From an uncultured Pseudobdellovibrionaceae bacterium (GTDB taxonomy: Bacteria; Bdellovibrionota; Bdellovibrionia; Bdellovibrionales; UBA1609), in the NCBI GenBank assembly GCA_964636785.1, contig CAZWVK010000001.1, forward strand, positions 4,789-68,788: a stretch of 64,000 nucleotides of DNA, in the 5' to 3' direction. Each line of letters starts with the position of its first letter. Position 1 is the stretch's first letter. This document shows positions 17,930 through 26,781 of this stretch, in pieces. The notes below the pieces were generated by a model that was not told where the DNA came from, made no database searches, and saw nothing but the letters and a program-made list of their open reading frames with translations. Position numbers and translations under genes: made by a program.

Positions 17930-18690
17930 AGAGCGCCTTAACGATTGCGGGCAAAGACTTTAAAAATCTTCTTTTTAGCCCCATGTTTTGCTTTATAGCT
18001 GCACTTTGTACAGTTCTATGGAGTTTTACGTACCTCAGAAATCTGATTGTTTTTGCAGAGAGCTCAAGGGGGATGTTTAATCCCGGTGGCGAAAACCTAA
18101 GTCTTCAAATGACTGTATTTTTGAATCACATTTCTCAAATCAACCTTCTTTTTATCTTTATCGTTCCCGCATTGACTATGCGCCTGATCGCTGAGGAGAA
18201 AAAGCTCAGAACCTATGATCTGCTTTTGACCGCACCAATCACTGCAACTGAAATTGCAATCGGTAAGTTTTTAGGAGCCTTTGGTGTTGTCTTTGTTTTA
18301 ATTTTACTGTCAATGCTCTATCCACTTGGGACGCGGTTTTTGGCGGACTACGCAATGCTTCCTTTATTCACAGCTTACCTCGGTGTTTGTTTGGTGGCTG
18401 CCGTTTATACAGCAATTGGTGTGTTTGCGTCGTCGCTGACATCTTCTGTTGTTTTAAGTGTGGTGATGGGACTGATCTTTAATCTTCTACTTTGGTTCGT
18501 CAGTCAGGGTGCTGAGAATGCGACTGGGGTGATTATGGCGAGTTTTCTCGAACACCTCTCTATTGGGGATCATTTTATGTCATTTATTCGTGGCTCAATT
18601 CGTTTGAAGTCCGTTGTTTTTTTATTGAGCTGCATGAGTCTTTTTGTCTTTCTCACACAGCGTGTGGTTGAGTCTTCGAGGTGGAGGTAG
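17926..18690 (+). CDS. ABC-2 type permease (GldF-like)
   Basis: 254-aa protein with six hydrophobic segments. ATGA overlap with the ATPase gene. Confidence 0.8.
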   Translation: MKSALTIAGKDFKNLLFSPMFCFIAALCTVLWSFTYLRNLIVFAESSRGMFNPGGENLSLQMTVFLNHISQINLLFIFIVPALTMRLIAEEKKLRTYDLLLTAPITATEIAIGKFLGAFGVVFVLILLSMLYPLGTRFLADYAMLPLFTAYLGVCLVAAVYTAIGVFASSLTSSVVLSVVMGLIFNLLLWFVSQGAENATGVIMASFLEHLSIGDHFMSFIRGSIRLKSVVFLLSCMSLFVFLTQRVVESSRWR

Positions 18691-18693
18691 GCT

Positions 18694-20235
18694 ATGACGA
18701 AGTTAGGGAAAATTGGATTTTTAATTGCAGCTCTTTGTTTCGTTATCGTTGCTATAGTGAGATTTATTTTAGGGGCATGGATTCCAATTCTTTATATCTT
18801 CCTTGCACTAGCTGGAATTTCACTTCTTGCCTCGTTTATTTCGGACCGGAAGCTTTATCTGGAGTTTTTCACCTTAAGAACAACAAAGCACGGCATGAAT
18901 ATGGGAGCATTGATTTTATTGGTGCTTGGTTTTGTCGTGTGTATCAACTACCTCTCTGTTCGGCACAATAAGTCCTGGGATTTGACTCAAGAGAAACTCA
19001 ATTCCCTTTCCGAGCAATCTGAAAAGGTGATTGAGAACTTAAACTCAGATGTTGAGATGAAGGTCTTCTTTAAGGGCGCAGATGCTTTGGGTGAGCGTCA
19101 AGCGATCCGGCACGCACTCGGTGTTTATCAAGAGAAGAGTCCTCGATTCAAAGTGAGGTATATTGACTCTTATGCAGAAAACCTATTGGCTCAGGAGTAT
19201 CTGGCCAATCTGCCGGATAGAGATCAAGAGGCTGCATTCTTATTTGTTGAATACGAAGGAAAGCGCATTCGGGTGGACTCTCCATTTGGCGAAGAACAAG
19301 TCACTTCGGCAATCATCAAAGCCACTCGCCGAGGAGAGCTTAAAGTTTATTTTGTGACTGGCCATGGGGAAAGAGAGTTAAGTTCTCAATCCCAGCAGGG
19401 CTTATTCGCCTTTAGTGAAGAACTTGATACATCATCTTATAAAACAGAAGAGATCAGTCTGCTTGATCGCTCATCCATTCCAGAGGATGCCGCCTTGCTA
19501 GCGATCATTGGCCCTAAAGAGCCTTATCTTGAAAATGAGATTGCACTTCTAAGAAGTTATCTTGAACAAGGTGGAAAACTCTTTTTGGCGCTCGATCCGG
19601 GAGAGAAACATAATCTTTCGCAGCTTCTTCGAGCGACTGGGGTGGATTTCAAGAATAATTTCGTGATCAACCTGGATCCAATGACTCGTCAAGCTTCTGG
19701 TACCTCAATTGGAGTGATCTTTGATCGCTCAAGCCCAATTACATCTTCACTCCCAGAGGGAAAAACCCTCACGCTCTTTGAACTTGCCAGTGAAGTGACT
19801 GCAGATGTGTCTGTTCCAGATGGCATTCAGGTCACAGAACTTGTGAAGACCGCACCAACTTCTTTTGCTATGAAGGAGCTGAAGTCACAGGTCACCGGAC
19901 CTCAAGATCAAAGACCCTTTTCAATCCTTGTGTCTGTGAATGGCAAGATGGCCGAGTCCAAGGGTGATGAGTTTTCAATGGTGGTCGCGGGAGACAGTGA
20001 TTTTTTAACCAATCGTCTTTTTTTAGTGGGCTCGAATAGAGACCTGGCCATGAACGCTCTTGCGGCCTTAACAGAGCAGGATGATTTGATCACAATCCGA
20101 CCGAAGCAGGCGCAGGGCAATAAGATCATTTTAACCAGTGGCGCGCAGCTGGGTATGGTTATGGCGGGAGTGAGTCTTCCGATTGTCCTCTTATTATTAA
20201 GCGGAGTTTTCTGGTACCGTCGTAGAGGAGCTTAA
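18694..20235 (+). CDS. GldG-like ABC-system auxiliary protein
   Basis: N-terminal TM cluster, large periplasmic domain, C-terminal TM ending FWYRRRGA. Position after the GldA/F-like genes. Confidence 0.7.
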   Translation: MTKLGKIGFLIAALCFVIVAIVRFILGAWIPILYIFLALAGISLLASFISDRKLYLEFFTLRTTKHGMNMGALILLVLGFVVCINYLSVRHNKSWDLTQEKLNSLSEQSEKVIENLNSDVEMKVFFKGADALGERQAIRHALGVYQEKSPRFKVRYIDSYAENLLAQEYLANLPDRDQEAAFLFVEYEGKRIRVDSPFGEEQVTSAIIKATRRGELKVYFVTGHGERELSSQSQQGLFAFSEELDTSSYKTEEISLLDRSSIPEDAALLAIIGPKEPYLENEIALLRSYLEQGGKLFLALDPGEKHNLSQLLRATGVDFKNNFVINLDPMTRQASGTSIGVIFDRSSPITSSLPEGKTLTLFELASEVTADVSVPDGIQVTELVKTAPTSFAMKELKSQVTGPQDQRPFSILVSVNGKMAESKGDEFSMVVAGDSDFLTNRLFLVGSNRDLAMNALAALTEQDDLITIRPKQAQGNKIILTSGAQLGMVMAGVSLPIVLLLLSGVFWYRRRGA

Positions 20236-20240
20236 AAGAA

Positions 20241-21578
20241 ATGACAAAGTTTAAATCCACATGGGCTTTTGCGATTTTTGTGATTGCTCTTGGTGCTTAT
20301 GTTTTTTGGGATTTTACCGAGCAGAAAATGCAAGATGATCTCGCGCAGGATGAGGTTTATCTCAATGAATTTTCAACAGCCGATATCAAGAAATTAACTG
20401 TTCAAAAAGAAGATAACACAATTGAACTGGAATGGGTGGATCAAGACTGCCAAATCCTATCACCCATTCAGGATCGTTGCGATACGACGAGTGTGGACTC
20501 GCTTTTAAACGCCTTATCACCTCTTCGCGGACGAAAAGTCATGAGTGGAAGTGAAGCTCAAGAAAAGCAATCCCAGTTTGGATTGGCGAACAGCACTAAA
20601 ATCCAATGGACTTTAAAAAATGGAAGTCAGTCTTCGCTAGAAATTGGCTCAGTGAACAGCTTTGACGGCGGCTACTATGTTTTGAAGGCAGACTTGTTTG
20701 TTGTGGATCGCGCAGCAGGACAAATGACAAACAAGGGACTGAGCGAGCTTCGCAGCAAAGTCTTGTGGCGAGGTCCAGAAGATTTAATTGAGGTTTCTAT
20801 TCAGATGCGTGAGAGTAAGTCATCCTTTCAGCTTTCCAAGGTGGATGATGAGTGGAAAGTCGTGCCTGAATCCCAAGAATTCGGCTCCGACTCGGAGCGA
20901 ATTAAAAATTGGATTGAGGGATTTAGGAATCTGAAAGGTTCCGACGTCTTTGGTGAAAAACCCGCTGAGATAAAATCTCAACCTATTTATACCGTTCAGG
21001 CTGGTGATCAGACTTATGATTTTTATGCTGTAAAGGAGCAGTATTTCGGAAATAGGAACGGATCTGCTTCGTGGATTGCAATTCCAAAAGAGCGTTTAAC
21101 CAGAGTTCTAGTTCCTAGAACGTACTTTTTTGATGGAAAAAAGCCGTTTCAGTTTCAACTTGAGCGTGTGTCTAAAGTTGAAATTCGAAATGGCAAAACT
21201 CAACACGACTTTAAAAAGAAAGATCAGAACTGGGTGAGTGAGGAGGGGGAGCTTAAAGAAGAAAAGCTTCAGTCTTTTTTTCAAGATCTTAAAAATCTCG
21301 AAATTAAAACCTACGACGTTTCACACTCAAAGGGCTTTGCAAACAGTAAGCGGATCTCACTTTTGGATTCAAATGGTCAACCCGTGTTTGAGATTCAGTG
21401 GGGAGATGCATTTAAAGGTTTAGGTGGTCCCTTTGAAGGGGATTCGCTTCTTCCAGTGAGAATTAAAAATTATTCTGGAATTCTTTCTGTTCTTGAGCCT
21501 CAATTCAAAGATATAGTTGAAATGGATTTTTTCAACGCTGAGAAAGATGAGGTTCATAACGATGACCACGTTCACTAA
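20241..21578 (+). CDS. DUF4340-like membrane-anchored protein
   Basis: Single N-terminal TM (FAIFVIALGAYVFW) and a long beta-rich ectodomain. Sits in the canonical position downstream of GldG-like genes. Confidence 0.55.
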   Translation: MTKFKSTWAFAIFVIALGAYVFWDFTEQKMQDDLAQDEVYLNEFSTADIKKLTVQKEDNTIELEWVDQDCQILSPIQDRCDTTSVDSLLNALSPLRGRKVMSGSEAQEKQSQFGLANSTKIQWTLKNGSQSSLEIGSVNSFDGGYYVLKADLFVVDRAAGQMTNKGLSELRSKVLWRGPEDLIEVSIQMRESKSSFQLSKVDDEWKVVPESQEFGSDSERIKNWIEGFRNLKGSDVFGEKPAEIKSQPIYTVQAGDQTYDFYAVKEQYFGNRNGSASWIAIPKERLTRVLVPRTYFFDGKKPFQFQLERVSKVEIRNGKTQHDFKKKDQNWVSEEGELKEEKLQSFFQDLKNLEIKTYDVSHSKGFANSKRISLLDSNGQPVFEIQWGDAFKGLGGPFEGDSLLPVRIKNYSGILSVLEPQFKDIVEMDFFNAEKDEVHNDDHVH

Positions 21579-22572
21579 AAAATCACCCACTCGAGTGGAT
21601 TTTGCTGGCGGCACCTTAGACTGTTGGCCGCTTTATTTGATGGTTGGTGGAGCAAAGACCATCAATTTATGCGTGGATATTCTAACGATGGCTCGCCTTC
21701 AAAAGAGAAATGATCAAAAAATCTCGCTTCATATTCGCGACCTCAATTACAAAAAGGAATTTCAAAACCTGGATGAGCTTTTAAGTTCAGAGGATGCTGA
21801 ACTGGACCTGATCAATGCGCACGTTCGTTTTTGGAAACCTACATTTGGTTTTGATCTCTTTACTGCATCCGACAGTCCGGTGGGAGGTGGGCTCGGTGGA
21901 AGTTCGTCTTTATCGATGGGACTGATAGATGTTTTTCTTGCGGCTCTTGGCAAGGAGCTTTCTGACAAAGAAAAAGTGGTTTTATCCGGAAATATTGAAG
22001 CTCAGGTTTTGAAGAAGCCAACGGGAACTCAAGATTACTTTCCGGCGTTTTCCTATGGTTTAAATACCATTCATTACGGTCCCATGGGATTTGAAGTCGA
22101 ACCAATGAATGTGGATTTGGATTACATTCAATCCAGACTCTCATTGGCCTACACTGGAAAGCCCCACCATTCGGGAATCAATAATTGGTCGGTGATTCGT
22201 GATGTTTTTGACGGGGTCCGAGCGACTTTGGATGCGCTCTTTGAGATCAAGGAAATCAGCGAGGATCTTTATAAAGCACTCAAAAGCGATCAGTTGGACA
22301 GTATTCCACAGATCTTTTCACGGGAACTTGAAGCGCGGGAAAGACTCTCCAAATCCTTTACCAGTCCTGAAATCACTCGACTAAAGAATGTTTCTTTGGG
22401 AAAAGGCGCGGAAGCTGTTAAAATCTGTGGAGCTGGCGGAGGTGGATGTGTCGCTCTATGGTCTCCTCCTGAACTTAAATCGTCGATTGAGGACGCATGC
22501 CAAAAAGAAGGCTTTCAGATACTTCCCTTGAATCCAATATCAAGACCCTTCAAAACCGAAGCAGTCAGGTAA
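21562..22572 (+). CDS. GHMP-family sugar kinase (heptose/fucose-kinase-like)
   Basis: PTRVDFAGGTLDCWPLY N-terminal motif. GHMP motif II SPVGGGLGGSSSLSMG. Motif III KICGAGGGG. ATG 21562 preferred to 21517. Confidence 0.8.
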   Translation: MTTFTKKSPTRVDFAGGTLDCWPLYLMVGGAKTINLCVDILTMARLQKRNDQKISLHIRDLNYKKEFQNLDELLSSEDAELDLINAHVRFWKPTFGFDLFTASDSPVGGGLGGSSSLSMGLIDVFLAALGKELSDKEKVVLSGNIEAQVLKKPTGTQDYFPAFSYGLNTIHYGPMGFEVEPMNVDLDYIQSRLSLAYTGKPHHSGINNWSVIRDVFDGVRATLDALFEIKEISEDLYKALKSDQLDSIPQIFSRELEARERLSKSFTSPEITRLKNVSLGKGAEAVKICGAGGGGCVALWSPPELKSSIEDACQKEGFQILPLNPISRPFKTEAVR

Positions 22573-23390
22573 TTCCGTCCAGACAATTCATTGGGCTTTC
22601 ATTGAGCGGTGGCAAAGCAGATAAAACAGGCTTTGCCTTGGTTGAGTTCTTTCCAGATCAAAAAAAGATCTTTCTCTCTTCTCTTGTTGAGCAGATTCAA
22701 AATCAAGATGGAATTTCTTCGGATACGCAAATTTATCGAATGATTGAGTCCGTAGGGAAAAATATCGAAAGCATTGCGGTGGATGCGCCATTGACCATGC
22801 CAAAGTGTTTGCGCTGCAAGATGAAGTGCCCCGGGTTTGAAGTGTGCATTGAGCCTGAACTGAAGTGGATGACGAAGTACTACGGAAGAAAGAACTCTCA
22901 AAGAAAGCCCCTTCGAGTGATGACCCCATACACTGAGCGTTGCACCGAGCTCTACTGGGAAGAACATCTGGAAGAAAAAATTCCTCTGCAGCAGGCTATG
23001 GGCTCAAACCGTGCACCATTGACAGCGCGCGCTCACTACATAACCAGACGTCATAAGAAGAAGTTTATCGAAGTTGTTCCTAAGATCTCGTTTTGGAGGC
23101 TAGGGCTCTCACTGGGCATTGCGAAATCAAAACTTCGTCTTCATCGACACTGGGAAGGTGGAGCTGAAAGTCGTAAGCTTTTTATCGAAGCTCTGCTAAA
23201 AAGTGATCTTGCGTTTATTTATGAACAGGACCGAAAAATTCTTATTGAGGATCAGTACGCCTTTGATGCTTTTATCGGCGCACTAACTGGCCTTATGAAA
23301 TACAAAAACCAAACAGAAGGTCGTCCACGAAGCTTTCCAGCCAGCGAGGGCTGGATTGAGGTTCCAAAGCTCAAATTAAAATGGCCTTAG
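22497..23390 (+). CDS. hypothetical protein (start uncertain)
   Basis: 297-aa ORF. ATG 22497 has a GAGGA upstream but overlaps the kinase gene by 76 nt; in-frame TTG 22602 is the alternative. Weak resemblance to RNase-H-fold DUF429 ends (…YAFDAFIGALTG); not asserted. Confidence 0.5.
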   Translation: MPKRRLSDTSLESNIKTLQNRSSQVIPSRQFIGLSLSGGKADKTGFALVEFFPDQKKIFLSSLVEQIQNQDGISSDTQIYRMIESVGKNIESIAVDAPLTMPKCLRCKMKCPGFEVCIEPELKWMTKYYGRKNSQRKPLRVMTPYTERCTELYWEEHLEEKIPLQQAMGSNRAPLTARAHYITRRHKKKFIEVVPKISFWRLGLSLGIAKSKLRLHRHWEGGAESRKLFIEALLKSDLAFIYEQDRKILIEDQYAFDAFIGALTGLMKYKNQTEGRPRSFPASEGWIEVPKLKLKWP

Positions 23391-23451
23391 GTCTTGATCA
23401 TTCCCAGGTCCAATTGGTCGAAGGTTTAATCTCACGATAGAATTAAGGCTT

Positions 23452-24387
23452 ATGAAGTTTCTTTTCCTTCTCCTTGGCTTGTTTGCGCCTTTTTTAGTTT
23501 TTGCTGAAACTGAACATCACCTTGTGAGAAGAATCGCGGTTTTTCCAATCAAAGCTCCGAGCGAATACCGTGAAGAAACTGAGAAGCTATGGTGGGACTT
23601 AAGAGATCTTTTAACAAAAGATCAAAGGTTCCTGGTTGCCAGTAAGAATTTTCTTATTCAAAAGGACGTGTTTCAGCCTCGAAGTGCACTTGGTCCATCT
23701 GATGTCATTATTCTTTCTAAAGTTTTAGATGCTCATGCCTTGGTTACAACCGAGCTAAAAGAAAAAACACTTTTTATGAGAGTTTATGATGGAGAGTATG
23801 GAAGACCATTGTGGGAGCAGAGTTTAGACCTTCAACCATCTATTCCCATTCATCGTCAGCTGGCACCTTCAACAGAAAAATTGGCGAAGGATTTTTTAGC
23901 GAGTATTCCTTATCAGGGCTTTGTCACGAAAGATTCATTGAAGAATGAAGTGGTTTTTCGTGAGGGGAGTCAGCTGAGTTTAAAAGCGGATGTGGGAATG
24001 GAATCGCAGATTGAAGTGGGTGATCAACTGCAAGTGATCCGCATCGTAAGTGATTCCTTGAAGCCACTCTTTCAAGAGTATAGTAGCATTGAAGTGATCG
24101 CTGAAGGCCGCGTGATGAAGGTCAATAAGAATATCGTTCAAGTGGATTTGGATCGCTCGATTGATCCAAGACTGATTTCAGAGGGCTCCCTTGTTCGCAT
24201 TCCAAAAGAAGTAAAACGATTAAAAGAGTCCTTCGCCATTCAAGAAAGCCTCAAAGCTCAAGTCGACCCTGAATTTTTGTCTCCAAGAATGATCGAGCTT
24301 AAGCGCCAAGAAGCAGAGAAAAAACCATTGATGACGTCATTGGGCTTTATCGCCAACCTCGCCGCGTTTCTTTTGCTCGCGTTTTGA
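23452..24387 (+). CDS. hypothetical secreted protein with a C-terminal membrane anchor
   Basis: Signal peptide MKFLFLLLGLFAPFLVFA. C-terminal hydrophobic LGFIANLAAFLLLAF. Confidence 0.6.
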   Translation: MKFLFLLLGLFAPFLVFAETEHHLVRRIAVFPIKAPSEYREETEKLWWDLRDLLTKDQRFLVASKNFLIQKDVFQPRSALGPSDVIILSKVLDAHALVTTELKEKTLFMRVYDGEYGRPLWEQSLDLQPSIPIHRQLAPSTEKLAKDFLASIPYQGFVTKDSLKNEVVFREGSQLSLKADVGMESQIEVGDQLQVIRIVSDSLKPLFQEYSSIEVIAEGRVMKVNKNIVQVDLDRSIDPRLISEGSLVRIPKEVKRLKESFAIQESLKAQVDPEFLSPRMIELKRQEAEKKPLMTSLGFIANLAAFLLLAF

Positions 24388-24466
24388 TTCCTCAAACCTT
24401 CCGCCACTCTACTTCTTCCATGATTGCGCTCGAGGATCCCACTTCAAGCTCTAACTATTAAAATGC

Positions 24467-24551
24467 TTTTAGAAGCCGTACATCCATGTACTTGCCGCTC
24501 TTTTGCCATCCTGGACTAGGCGTCCCCGTACGCGGAGCGTCCTCCGAGAAA
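24467..24551 (+). repeat. REP-like element copy 1 (long form)
   Basis: agaaGCCGTACATCCATGTACttgccgctcttttgccatcctgg...ggcgtccccgtacGCGGAGCGTCC. Shares the core with copies 2-5. Confidence 0.8.
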
Positions 24552-24570
24552 ATTAAATTCAAATCATCCT

Positions 24571-24679
24571 CAAACTCTAGATATTTAAATTCCATTTAGG
24601 AGCCGTACATCCATGTACTCGACTTGCGGCATCCTGCCTCGTCGAGCGTCCTAAATGAAATTTAAATATCTAGAGTTTG
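24571..24679 (+). repeat. REP-like element copy 2 inside a 109-nt hairpin
   Basis: Core 24598-24652 (aGGAGCCGTACATCCATGTAC...GTCGAGCGTCC). Flanked by perfect 21-nt inverted arms caaactctagatatttaaatt / aatttaaatatctagagtttg, and pairing continues inward. Confidence 0.85.
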
Positions 24680-24822
24680 GAATCTTCATTAGTTCTCTTT
24701 TCATATCTCAAGCGAAACTCTCAAAATTTTTTCCTTGAAAAAATAGTTAACTCACAACTTCGCTGTGGCTTATCTTCTGTTGCATTACCTGTCACAGTTC
24801 GTGTGACATTATTGCTCGATAG

Positions 24823-24953
24823 AAATATTTTTTCGATTCCGATTGACAGGTTTTTTGACTTCTCAGGATTCACTGTAGCGTCTGTTCCCGTGGCGCTCAC
24901 GATTCATGATGTTTTTGAAATTTAAACTGAATGGCGAAGTCATAAACCGCTTT
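24823..24953 (+). repeat. duplicated ~125-nt segment, copy A
   Basis: attgacagg...cacgattcatgatgtttttgaaatttaaa...gcgaagtcataaa aligns without indels to 25194-25298 at an offset of exactly 352 nt. Confidence 0.8.
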
Positions 24954-24954
24954 T

Positions 24955-25029
24955 AGAAGCCGTACATCCAAGTACTAGGCGTCCCCGCTTGCGGAGCATC
25001 CTAAAACGAATTTAAATATTTAGAGATTG
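24955..25029 (+). repeat. REP-like element copy 3 (short form)
   Basis: agaaGCCGTACATCCAAGTACtaggcgtccccgcttGCGGAGCATCC. The right flank ctaaaacgaatttaaatatttagagattg is homologous to the right arm of copy 2. Confidence 0.8.
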
Positions 25030-25174
25030 AAATGTTTTTTCTATTTCTACTCCTGCTCCATTCATCTTTTATGTCAACTTCCGATGCTTTCTTCTTGAAG
25101 ACTTGTAAGGATTTGTAACTTCGAGGTCTGTCGTTTTCCTCTCTAACAATGCGTACGACACTCTTCTAAAAGAA

Positions 25175-25305
25175 AAATTTTTTTGCAATTGGTATTGACA
25201 AGGCATTTGACCTTTTAGAATCAACTCTGACAGCTGTTTTCACAGCGACCACGATCCATGATGTTTTTGAAATTTAAATCAAAGAGCGAAGTCATAAATC
25301 ACTCT
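25175..25305 (+). repeat. duplicated ~125-nt segment, copy B
   Basis: attgacaag...cacgatccatgatgtttttgaaatttaaa...gcgaagtcataaa. See copy A. Confidence 0.8.
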
Positions 25306-25415
25306 CAGCACCATCGGAGACTACTTTTCGAGTTTCATTCTCATTCTGAGAAACACGTAAAGATAGATTCTAAAAACTTGTGGTATAAAAATTTGAGAAT
25401 GAAAATAATCACTTT

Positions 25416-25540
25416 GCACTTAGAATTTTTTAATTGCTTGAAGGAGCCGTGCATCCATGTACTCGCCGCTCTTTTGGCATCCATGACTGGGCGCCTCCGC
25501 CAGCGGAGCGTTCTTCAAACAGTTAAAATATCCTAAGTGC
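25416..25540 (+). repeat. REP-like element copy 4 inside an imperfect long hairpin, directly upstream of the RAYT gene
   Basis: Core 25441-25514 (aaGGAGCCGTGCATCCATGTACtcgccgctcttttggcatcc...cagCGGAGCGTTC). Arms gcacttagaattttttaattgcttgaagga / ttcttcaaacagttaaaatatcctaagtgc are largely complementary. Confidence 0.8.
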
Positions 25541-25633
25541 AAATAGTTCGAAGTGGTCTGCGTTCATGAGGAATTTTTTGAGCGTGTAAGCGCAAAGTTC
25601 TTTAGTTAAGAGTAAGTAGGTTGATAGTTACGT

Positions 25634-26182
25634 ATGAGGAAAAGTGCAGAAGCTGACAAGCACTTAAAAGAAAGCGAGAGAAAAATGAGACAGTTGAATC
25701 TTTTAGATAAACCGTCACTTCAATTTGGTGGGAGTTTTGATCAGCGGCATAGATTGAGAACACTTTGCTCGAGGAAGCCGATTCATTTGACATTGAAATC
25801 TCAAAAGAAATTTTCACTCTTTAAAAACAGGGAAGGAATCAGAAGGATTATTTTTAAACACGCAAAGAAGTTTGGAATCAAGATTTACTCATGGAGTATT
25901 CAAAAAGATCATATACATCTTGCGATTCAGATATTGAGTCGAGAGACCTATAGAAAATGGATCAGGACCGTGACAGGATTGATTGCGAGACTTCTTGGAA
26001 AAGGGATTTGGAAGTTTAGACCATTCACTCGAGTTTTAAGCGGTTTTGGTAGAGAGCTTAGAAACCTGAACAATTATATTTTCCGTAACGAAATGGAAGT
26101 CTTTAAAATCTGGAAATATGACCGAGATATATCTTTGAGTGAGCTCGAAAAAAGTACGGTCGGGCGAATATTTATGCTTTGA
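25634..26182 (+). CDS. REP-associated tyrosine transposase (RAYT) / IS200-family HUH Y1 transposase
   Basis: KPIHLTLKS strand, HUH motif IQKDHIHLAIQ, helix YRKWIRTVTGLIARLL, and C-terminal catalytic-Tyr-like motif NNYIFRNE. Flanked by inverted REP-like hairpins. Start could be ATG 25688. Confidence 0.75.
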   Translation: MRKSAEADKHLKESERKMRQLNLLDKPSLQFGGSFDQRHRLRTLCSRKPIHLTLKSQKKFSLFKNREGIRRIIFKHAKKFGIKIYSWSIQKDHIHLAIQILSRETYRKWIRTVTGLIARLLGKGIWKFRPFTRVLSGFGRELRNLNNYIFRNEMEVFKIWKYDRDISLSELEKSTVGRIFML

Positions 26183-26610
26183 GGTGACTTAAGTTTTAAG
26201 TCCCATCTTCGTTTTGCGCAAACGATTGCTATGAATTTTATCCGAGGGGGATTTGTGAGCAAAACGGAATTGGTATCCGATTTCCTATTATCGTCGGAAA
26301 TTACTTCGAGAACTCACGGTAAAATGTACTCATGGTGTTCAAAATGTGTCGAGGGCGCGGCGAGAAGTCTGTTTCACTCTTGACTTATTTCTCTCAAGTC
26401 GTCGCTAAAATTCTAGACACTCAATCAAAGAAGCAGGTCACTGAAATTTTTCAAAAGTGAACTTAAAGAAACCGACGTTTTGGATTTGGCGGTCTGCCCA
26501 AGCCAAGCAAATATTAACTTCGTCTGCAAATCAGTGGTTCTGAGTTCTTGGGCACCTTATAGTCATAAACCGCTTTACGAACCCAGGAGATAGATCTCTG
26601 AGAGTTGTTG

Positions 26611-26723
26611 CGAACTATAACTATTTAAATTGCTTGAAGGACGCTCCGCGTGCCAGGATGGCAACAGAGCGGCAAGTACATGGATGTACGGCTCCTGAAA
26701 GCAATTTAAATAGTTATAGTTCG
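26611..26723 (-). repeat. REP-like element copy 5 (inverted orientation) inside a 113-nt hairpin, downstream of the RAYT gene
   Basis: Perfect 25-nt arms cgaactataactatttaaattgctt / aagcaatttaaatagttatagttcg. The core 26636-26698 is the reverse complement of the long-form core (…ggcaagtacatggatgtacggctcc). Confidence 0.85.
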
Positions 26724-26781
26724 AAGCGGCACCGATTGAGCACATTTTGATCGAGAAATCCTGGCATCGTACGCTCAAGAA

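Noticed and set aside
24677-25536. ORF-track ORFs 24677..24925 (82 aa) and 25258..25536 (92 aa) in the REP nest
   Set aside because: They run through REP hairpins and duplicated non-coding segments and have non-ATG or unsupported starts. The shared ...TIHDVFEI end is noted in a finding, but copy B has no start codon, so they are not called as genes.
26231-26383. 50-aa ORF (MNFIRGGFVSK...CSKC...) downstream of the RAYT gene
   Set aside because: It has no RBS, no motif and no duplicate, so the evidence is insufficient.
26575-26778. 67-aa minus-strand ORF over REP copy 5
   Set aside because: It consists almost entirely of the 113-nt hairpin element.
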